A stretch of 64,000 bases of DNA from NCBI GenBank assembly GCA_964452145.1, contig CAYVLA010000005.1, forward strand, positions 21,459 to 85,458, given 5' to 3'. The DNA comes from Candidatus Hadarchaeota archaeon (GTDB lineage Archaea > CAYQAE01 > CAYVLA01). Below the pieces are notes generated by a model. That model was not told where the DNA came from and did no database searches. It saw only the letters and a program-made list of their open reading frames with translations. This document shows positions 57,519 to 64,000 of this stretch, piece after piece; the stretch's first letter is position 1, and the number at the start of each line of letters is the position of its first letter. A program made the position numbers and the translations under genes.

Positions 57519-58721
57519 TTGAGTATGGGCTGGCTTCACTGGGGCGCAGGGCTTGGGACGGTCGTCGTGGTACTCGTTGCGATGTCGCCGATTCTTGGTG
57601 CGAGCGAAGGCGTTAGGATAAACTGCTTCTTGCTGGGTTCCGTTCTCCCAGGGATATGTCCCCTCCCGAGCTACTTCACGGAGGACCCGCTCTTCACCTA
57701 CGAGTCCGATCCTCAGCAGGCAGGTCTCCCGCTGGAGGAAAGGAAGAGGCTGGATCGACTCTATTTCCCCAGAACAAGACAGATACTCGTGGAGAAGTTC
57801 GATATGGTCTTCGTATTTGACCCTAGGCTGGATCACTTCTCGGCCAGACAGTTCGGCGATCTTGACTGGGCCTTCAGGGAAGGTGGAATGCCCTCCCTTT
57901 GGGCCTTTGGTCCCTCATACACGGCCATACATGCGTCAATACTCGATGAGACCCTGCCTATATCAGCCTACGACGGCTACTTTCACAGACCGTGGCGAGT
58001 CGTGTTCCGGACCGACAGGGAGCCAGTCTTCACCCCCTTCATCGCTCTCGGGATGGAGAGAGTGCCAGGTGAAGCCTATGGATGGATGCAGCCTAGGCAG
58101 GGGGCGGTGGTCTGGGCTGACATGGTGCCCTATAACTACCCATGGATGGTATCGTGGCGACCCACGCCCAACGGCGGACTGGCATGGGTCTGTGCCGACG
58201 AGTTCAACATGTACTGGTGGGCTTTGATGCCCGAAACTAGGGGCACCAACCCCTACGCCATCGATCTCATGACCAACCTGGTGCTCTACTCCCTGGGCCG
58301 TCCGCTCATAGCAGACATATTCATGAGGCGGGAAGCGAGACACGTCATTTCGCTCTACCGGACCGAGAAGCTGACGATTCTGTCCATGCTGGAGTTTGCC
58401 GACAAGTTCGGTGCCAATATCCTGCCCCTGTCCAACGAGATCACCGGTATGGATTCTGAGTATGCAACGGCCATGGAGAGCTACCTCCATCAGGAGTACC
58501 CCACCGCGATCGGGATCATGAACTCCATCTCGCTCAGGCTCACGGAGATCGGGGGACGGGCCATTCGGCTGAAGGACGAGGCCCTCTTCTGGGTCTACGT
58601 CTCGGAGTATGCTGTGGTCACGGCCGCCGCCATCATGACCGGAAGCATGGTCTGGACCATCATGGTTCGGAGGAAGGTATACAAGGCGGTGCAGGTCACG
58701 AGAATCAGGACGCAGTACTGA
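57519..58721 (+). CDS. Membrane-anchored surface protein, paralog 7
   Basis: Signal peptide, RLYFPR, NPYAID, FADKFGAN, ALFWVYVSEY...MVRRKVYKAVQVTR. Confidence 0.82.
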   Translation: MSMGWLHWGAGLGTVVVVLVAMSPILGASEGVRINCFLLGSVLPGICPLPSYFTEDPLFTYESDPQQAGLPLEERKRLDRLYFPRTRQILVEKFDMVFVFDPRLDHFSARQFGDLDWAFREGGMPSLWAFGPSYTAIHASILDETLPISAYDGYFHRPWRVVFRTDREPVFTPFIALGMERVPGEAYGWMQPRQGAVVWADMVPYNYPWMVSWRPTPNGGLAWVCADEFNMYWWALMPETRGTNPYAIDLMTNLVLYSLGRPLIADIFMRREARHVISLYRTEKLTILSMLEFADKFGANILPLSNEITGMDSEYATAMESYLHQEYPTAIGIMNSISLRLTEIGGRAIRLKDEALFWVYVSEYAVVTAAAIMTGSMVWTIMVRRKVYKAVQVTRIRTQY

Positions 58722-58745
58722 AGCTTTGGCCATGCCCGGATGTGT

Positions 58746-59948
58746 CTAAAGCTCCTTCGGGCGAACTACCATCAGAACCGCTTCGTGCTTCCACTTCGGG
58801 TCCTCTTCCCATCGAAGCAGGCCGCCGAAGTAGAGCGTTCCGTCCTTGCCGGTGGTGGCCGCGAATGCGGCGAGCACGCTGACGTTCAGTCCCTCCGCCC
58901 ACATCTCCCCATGGTCCAGCTTCTCCTCCGTGGACGGATCGTAGGACACAAGATGAACTGGTTTGCCCTTTGTCGGGGCGGTGTAGTAGATCTTCCCGTC
59001 GGTGCCGAAGGTCATGGCGTGGTAGAGCTCGGATTCCTCGACCGATGCGACGTCCGAGATCCCCGCCCTGCCCAGATCCGTGAGCGTGCCCCATCCTCTA
59101 GCGTGCGGAACGTACTCGAAGAGATACCCGCCCCGGCGCTCCTGCTTCTCGCCGTGTAGGAGGGACGAGAGGCCGTACAGCCTACTGCGGGAGGGATCGG
59201 TGCACAGGGCGAAGACGGTGATCAGATCAGCTTCAAAACCGCCGTTGGGGACCCTCATCTCGGACCGCTCGATCGAACCGGCTCCGGGCTCATGTCGAAG
59301 CAGATGGCCCCTGTCATCGAAGGTGTAAACGCGGCCGTGCGCCAGGTGAGCCACGGTTCTGGTTGGGTATTTGCCGATACCCCCCAGAACCTCCGTATGC
59401 TTTGCCGCAATGTCGTAGCCCACCAGAAGCGCCTTCTTGTGGGTCGTGGCGTACAGCCTGTTCCTCGCAGCATCCATGGTCAGACCCATGAGGGACTCCC
59501 CTTCCACCGCGATCCCCAGGTCCTCCATCTCGCCGGATGCCGGGTCGTAACTGACCCAGTGCCCCCCTGGGTAACCACCAGGGAAACTGTCCTTGTATTC
59601 GGGGGGAAGATAGTCTCTCTCAACGCTGTGCGTACCGAAGTACGCCTTCCCGGAGGAGTCGAATACTATCGGGGTGTGGATCTTGGACTGCGGGATCAGC
59701 TTCGCAAGCGCCCGCTGGCTCGTGATATCCTGCATGTCCCCCAGGTCGTGCATCGTATCCTCCTCCGGATCGTAGCGCAAGAGGTGGGCTCCGCCCGGCC
59801 TGTCCGACATCTTGAAGGCCAGGGAATAGTCACACACGCCCACGAAGATGTCCGCGTTAGGCGCCGTTCCCATCGCGCTGTAGATGTGCCACGAACCCGG
59901 CCCCAGACCGTAGTGCCGAATGCCGACCTTGACCTTCATGAGGATCAT
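58746..59948 (-). CDS. Hypothetical beta-propeller repeat protein
   Basis: Repeated YDP......DLG/DHG and G..YFG units; QSKIHT motif. Confidence 0.65.
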   Translation of the reverse strand: MILMKVKVGIRHYGLGPGSWHIYSAMGTAPNADIFVGVCDYSLAFKMSDRPGGAHLLRYDPEEDTMHDLGDMQDITSQRALAKLIPQSKIHTPIVFDSSGKAYFGTHSVERDYLPPEYKDSFPGGYPGGHWVSYDPASGEMEDLGIAVEGESLMGLTMDAARNRLYATTHKKALLVGYDIAAKHTEVLGGIGKYPTRTVAHLAHGRVYTFDDRGHLLRHEPGAGSIERSEMRVPNGGFEADLITVFALCTDPSRSRLYGLSSLLHGEKQERRGGYLFEYVPHARGWGTLTDLGRAGISDVASVEESELYHAMTFGTDGKIYYTAPTKGKPVHLVSYDPSTEEKLDHGEMWAEGLNVSVLAAFAATTGKDGTLYFGGLLRWEEDPKWKHEAVLMVVRPKEL

Positions 59949-60118
59949 GCTCGGGTAGGGATGCTTGCATTGACCGGGGATGCGGCTGAGATGCCCGATT
60001 CTTAACCCTTTCTGCGACGGACGGACCGGCGGGACGGGCTCGGCCGCGTCCCGCCTAGTGGGCTCATCTTTAAATCGATCTCTGTTTCTTCTTGGGAAGC
60101 GTCGTGGGTGGCGGTATC

Positions 60119-60847
60119 TTGATCTACGCAATAGCTCATAGAGGAGCAAAGAAATTCGCTCCAGAGAACACGCTACCGGCCCTCCGCAAGGCAATAGAGA
60201 TGGGCATGGACTATGTCGAGATCGACGTGCATTCAACCTCCGACCGCCGTCTGGTCTTGTCCCATGATTGGACCGTTGATCGGATGACTGATGGAAAGGG
60301 CAGGATCAGCGAGATGACACTAGAACAGATCAAAGCCCTCGATGCCGGAGCGAAGTTCAGCGCGGCTTTCGCGGGAACTCGGATCCCAACGCTGGATGAG
60401 GCACTGAGCGTCTGCAAGAACAGGGTCAGGATCTATCTGGACTTGAAAGGTGCACCAGTCACCTTGGTTGTGAAGGCCTTGGAGCGACACGGTATGATCG
60501 CCGACACGGTTGTGTACTCTTCCATCGCCGTCCTCATGGAGATCAAGAGAATCAGGCCCGATCTTGCGGTGATGCCAGGGCCCAACAGCTGGCTCGCACT
60601 GCCAGGGCTGGCGGCCCTCATCGTCAAGACGCTGCCCGCAGAGGTGGTCGACTCAAATCTGGTCGACTGGACGAAAGACAGAGTGGACGAGGTTCACCAA
60701 GCCGGTGGCATGGTCTTTGTCGATACCCTTGGTGCCAAAGACAACCGGGAGGGAATGGAGGAGGCCATCCGGATGGGCGTTGACGGGATCGACACCGATC
60801 ATCCCGACATCTTGCTTGACCTTCTCCGCGAGCAGGGCCTTAGGTGA
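60119..60847 (+). CDS. Glycerophosphodiester phosphodiesterase family
   Basis: AHRGA...PENT, EIDV, SHD..VDR.T, GVDGI.TD. Confidence 0.93.
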   Translation: MIYAIAHRGAKKFAPENTLPALRKAIEMGMDYVEIDVHSTSDRRLVLSHDWTVDRMTDGKGRISEMTLEQIKALDAGAKFSAAFAGTRIPTLDEALSVCKNRVRIYLDLKGAPVTLVVKALERHGMIADTVVYSSIAVLMEIKRIRPDLAVMPGPNSWLALPGLAALIVKTLPAEVVDSNLVDWTKDRVDEVHQAGGMVFVDTLGAKDNREGMEEAIRMGVDGIDTDHPDILLDLLREQGLR

Positions 60848-63765
60848 TGACGCTCGTTCGAATCTGGAAAGCAGCGAGAAAGGAAGGATCTGTGATCGTT
60901 GTGGCCGGCGATAGGGTATCGAGGAGCCCGAGGGTAAAACGTCTTGTGGTGGTGATCAACCGGAGTGCGACATGGCGAACACGCTTTGCCGCGCGGCAAC
61001 TGGTCCACTATGTCTCACGAATCCTTGGGACGAAGATACCTCTTGTGGACTCTAGGGCCGCTCTCAGCGGGACGGACCTTATCTACGTGTCAAGTGCAGA
61101 AGATCCGGGGACCTCCGGGGACCTTGTGGAGATGGGCGTGAGCAAGCCCGTCGGCCTCCGGAAGGAAGGTTTCACCATCAGGTCTTTCCGTTTCCGGGGT
61201 CGCAGAGGGCTTCTCATACTTGGCAAGACCGATCTTGCCGCACTCTACGGTGCGTACCACTACCTGGAAAAGGTGTGTAAGGTTGGCTTCTTCTGGAGTG
61301 CCGAGCACGTTCCCAGGCTCAAGGAACTCCCTCTGGAGGGAATCCAGCTTGTGGAGAATTCGCGCTTCTCGGAGAGGTATATGACGTGCCCGGGTGGATA
61401 CAGCTTCGCCGAATACTGGACATGGTCGGACTGGAAAAGGGAGCTGGAGTTCCGAGTCAAGAAGAAGCAGAACCTTATGAGCCTGTTCCTGGGGTCCGAC
61501 ATTGTGTGGAACGAGGTTCTGGCCAGGCACGGCATCCCGGCCAAGCCATTGAGTGCCGATGATCTCTACAGGGATCGCCTGGCGAAGAGAGTCTCCCGGT
61601 ACGCGCGGAAGCTCGGCCTTAGGCTCATAACGCCTGCCTTCATGGGGGACGTCCCCCGGGAGTTCGCCGCAGCCAATCCCCAGATTCGCTACGTTGAGAT
61701 GAGGAAGTGGGATCTCACGCTCCCCAAGAGCAGACACATACACCCAAGCGACCCCATGTTCATGACTCTGGGAGAGGAGTTCCTGAGAGCATATGCTTCC
61801 AGATACGGCACGGATCACTACTACTTCATACCACCATATCCCGAGGCATACGCAGGCAGCACTCCGGAGGAGAAGAAGACGATCAAGGTCGACTTTGCCA
61901 AGGCGGTGCAGGCCTACATGCAGGCTGCGGATCCCCAGTGGAGATGGCTGGCCGATAGCTGGACCTTCTTCACCACCGAGTTCTGGCCGCCGGAGGATAT
62001 CAGGGAATTCTGCAAGGCAACCGATCCAGCGAGATTCGTAATCTACGACACCTGGGGCGAGGAGAGGCCCCTCTATAAGATCAATGACTACTATCAAGGA
62101 AGGTTCTGGGCGTTGGGGGTCCTACATTCGTTCGGGGGAAACACGACCCTTCGGGGTAATCTGCAGGGGCTCATCGACTCGGTCAACTCCATCGTCCGTG
62201 ACCCGGAGGCGAGACGCTGCATAGGCATCTATCTGGTTCCGGAAGTCATCCATCACAACGATCTCTATTTCGACCTCATCATGACCCTGTCGTGGAAGCC
62301 CGGCAGTCTCGGGCTTGAGGACTATCTGGCAGACTATGCGCTGAGGAGATATGGTGCGGCTTCGGCGCCGAAAATGGCGAGGGTCCTTGAGAGGCTCGCT
62401 AGAACCGTTTACGGCGACAACGACCTGACACAGCCGCTCTTTCTGCGCAGGCTCTTCGACGGATTCGATACCCCCAACACCGAGCACTACGTGCCCCCGC
62501 TGCACGCAACCTACGCCGTAGAGGTTCGTGATGCCCTTGCCGAGGCGCTTGAGGAATCCCCTCGCCTGGGGCGAAATCGCCTGTACTGGAGAGACCTGGT
62601 GGACATGGCTCGCAGGTACCTCGGTGATGTCTTCAATCGATGGATATCCGGCCTGTACTATGCCTTCGATTCCCGAGATTTGACTGCCTTCGTGCGCTAC
62701 AGGGGTAGGATAGAGGAATGCCTTCGTGCGCTGGAAGGGGTTCTTTGGAGCTGGGACGCCTACACCTTGGAAAGGATCGAGTCGGGGCTGAGGTCCACGC
62801 CCGCATTCGACCCCGCCAAGGAGAGGAACACGCGGGACATGCTCTCCCTCTGGGAATCCGAAGGCCTGCTCGACTATGTGAGACGCGATGACCTAGCCGA
62901 GCTTTTCACCAACTACTACCTTACACGGGTTGAAGCCTACGTCTCCCATCTGGAGTCGAGGCTGGGATCAGGTCGGATCGGGCTGGATCGCAGCTTCCTA
63001 GAGTCGGCATACACGGAGGCGGGAAGGGCCTGGATCGATGGGCCCTGGCAGGAGTCACTCATCCGGTACCGCAGTCCGATCAAGGCGGTGAAGGTCGCCC
63101 TCAGGGACTGCTGGGTATCGGGCGAAGACCTGGTGGAGCCGGCAAATCCCGAGCTTGCAAACCCGGAATGGGCGGCCGACTTTGCCGGCTGGCATGTCAG
63201 CAGAAGCCATCTAGACTTCGGGCTTGTAGAGGGCGGAGGTCCGGGGGACAAGCCATCGCTGCACTTCAGGGGGCGACCGGGGCGGGAAATGAAGTACTTA
63301 ACGGTGTGGCAGGACATTGAAGCCCGCGATGATCTTGCAGTCCTGCTTGATTGGAGGCTTGAGGCCTTCGGTCCGAGCTCTAGGGCTGGTCTCAGGCTCG
63401 AGGTCTTTGACCGGGCATTGAGGAAGAAGGCCGAGATGACCTACCAGTTCGGAGATGGCAGGGACTTCTGGCCTGATCGCACGCGGCCCGACGTGGCCAC
63501 GCCGGACTGGAGGATCGGAAGGGACGCACGGCTGGAGTGGTGGGTCGGATTCTACGCCGTGAAGCAGAGACTTGGGATGGATCTGGACGTGTGGAGGTCC
63601 TTGACTGCACGACCCAGGGATGACCTCGACCGAGCCCACGGGCCGGGGACCTGGGATAGCCTCGAAGGAGTACGCGTCCGCACATCCCTGATAGCATCTG
63701 CTCGTTGGGCCGAGGACCCCTTGGAGGGCTGCTTCTCCAATCTGCGTATCGAAGGGAAGGGATGA
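60847..63765 (+). CDS. Alpha-N-acetylglucosaminidase-like protein (GH89) with C-terminal beta-sandwich extension
   Basis: YS...W.W.DW.RE, PAF.G.VP, P.DP.F......F......YG, LHSFGGN, both catalytic-position Glu (PYPE, LVPE), DLVD..R.YL. Confidence 0.8.
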   Translation: MTLVRIWKAARKEGSVIVVAGDRVSRSPRVKRLVVVINRSATWRTRFAARQLVHYVSRILGTKIPLVDSRAALSGTDLIYVSSAEDPGTSGDLVEMGVSKPVGLRKEGFTIRSFRFRGRRGLLILGKTDLAALYGAYHYLEKVCKVGFFWSAEHVPRLKELPLEGIQLVENSRFSERYMTCPGGYSFAEYWTWSDWKRELEFRVKKKQNLMSLFLGSDIVWNEVLARHGIPAKPLSADDLYRDRLAKRVSRYARKLGLRLITPAFMGDVPREFAAANPQIRYVEMRKWDLTLPKSRHIHPSDPMFMTLGEEFLRAYASRYGTDHYYFIPPYPEAYAGSTPEEKKTIKVDFAKAVQAYMQAADPQWRWLADSWTFFTTEFWPPEDIREFCKATDPARFVIYDTWGEERPLYKINDYYQGRFWALGVLHSFGGNTTLRGNLQGLIDSVNSIVRDPEARRCIGIYLVPEVIHHNDLYFDLIMTLSWKPGSLGLEDYLADYALRRYGAASAPKMARVLERLARTVYGDNDLTQPLFLRRLFDGFDTPNTEHYVPPLHATYAVEVRDALAEALEESPRLGRNRLYWRDLVDMARRYLGDVFNRWISGLYYAFDSRDLTAFVRYRGRIEECLRALEGVLWSWDAYTLERIESGLRSTPAFDPAKERNTRDMLSLWESEGLLDYVRRDDLAELFTNYYLTRVEAYVSHLESRLGSGRIGLDRSFLESAYTEAGRAWIDGPWQESLIRYRSPIKAVKVALRDCWVSGEDLVEPANPELANPEWAADFAGWHVSRSHLDFGLVEGGGPGDKPSLHFRGRPGREMKYLTVWQDIEARDDLAVLLDWRLEAFGPSSRAGLRLEVFDRALRKKAEMTYQFGDGRDFWPDRTRPDVATPDWRIGRDARLEWWVGFYAVKQRLGMDLDVWRSLTARPRDDLDRAHGPGTWDSLEGVRVRTSLIASARWAEDPLEGCFSNLRIEGKG

Positions 63766-63929
63766 GAATCGGTCAACGCGGGCTGATGCTATCGATGGCA
63801 GATGATCGCGAAGACCGCCGTGAGCCTGAGTTCCCCTGTCCGGGGAGGGATCAATCACCCCGAATCCCAGCATCCAGGACGCCTTGTTTCGTTGCGTATG
63901 CCTGATGCTCGAATTTTTAAGCACCGCCA

Positions 63930-63945
63930 GTTCCCGGCCGGGAAC
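63930..63945. promoter_or_regulatory. Perfect 16-bp palindrome between TATA box and start codon (candidate operator)
   Basis: GTTCCCGG|CCGGGAAC, downstream of CGAATTTTTAAG (63910-63921). Confidence 0.5.
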
Positions 63946-63967
63946 CATAGAGCGAGGAATCCCGAAC

Positions 63968-64000
63968 ATGACGAAGGGATCAAAGAAGTCTGCCAGGATC
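63968..64000 (+). CDS. 5' end of a probable gene running off the window
   Basis: ATG after TATA and a GAGGA RBS; MTKGSKKSARI... Confidence 0.4.
   Translation, partial: MTKGSKKSARI

Overview
Archaeal chromosomal DNA, GC-rich. Archaeal markers are a full-length archaeal-type SRP (7S) RNA, Alba, BRE/TATA promoters, a KaiC/RAD55 ATPase and a MoaD/SAMP + aldehyde:ferredoxin oxidoreductase pair; the lineage cannot be fixed from sequence alone. Housekeeping content: leuA-ilvB-ilvN directly behind the SRP RNA, ilvC, and the hydrogenase maturation genes hypF/hypCDE. There is also a large set of apparently cytoplasmic carbohydrate-active and catabolic enzymes (GH51, GH89, sialidase-like, sulfatase-like, lactonase, SDR, amidohydrolases, two URO-D-family proteins). 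No tRNA, rRNA, CRISPR array, integrase or transposase was seen. Two candidate undescribed systems stand out. (1) A two-gene, four-domain biosynthetic locus: a KamA-type radical-SAM 2,3-aminomutase fused to a Ddl-like ATP-grasp ligase, followed by a second Ddl-like ATP-grasp fused to a GNAT; it is predicted to make a beta-amino-acid amide/peptide. (2) A family of seven dispersed, divergent ~400-aa surface-protein paralogs sharing a GATase1-like ectodomain, a helical stalk, a TM helix with an invariant Glu and a conserved R-[RK]-x-x-Y-x-x-V-x-x-T-R tail. Other notable items: a GHKL ATPase fused to an HExxH zincin, an alpha-SNAP-like protein, a leuA with no in-frame canonical start, a NikR homolog lacking its Ni ligands, and a five-OB-fold membrane-anchored protein. 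All family calls are by-eye motif recognition, not database searches.
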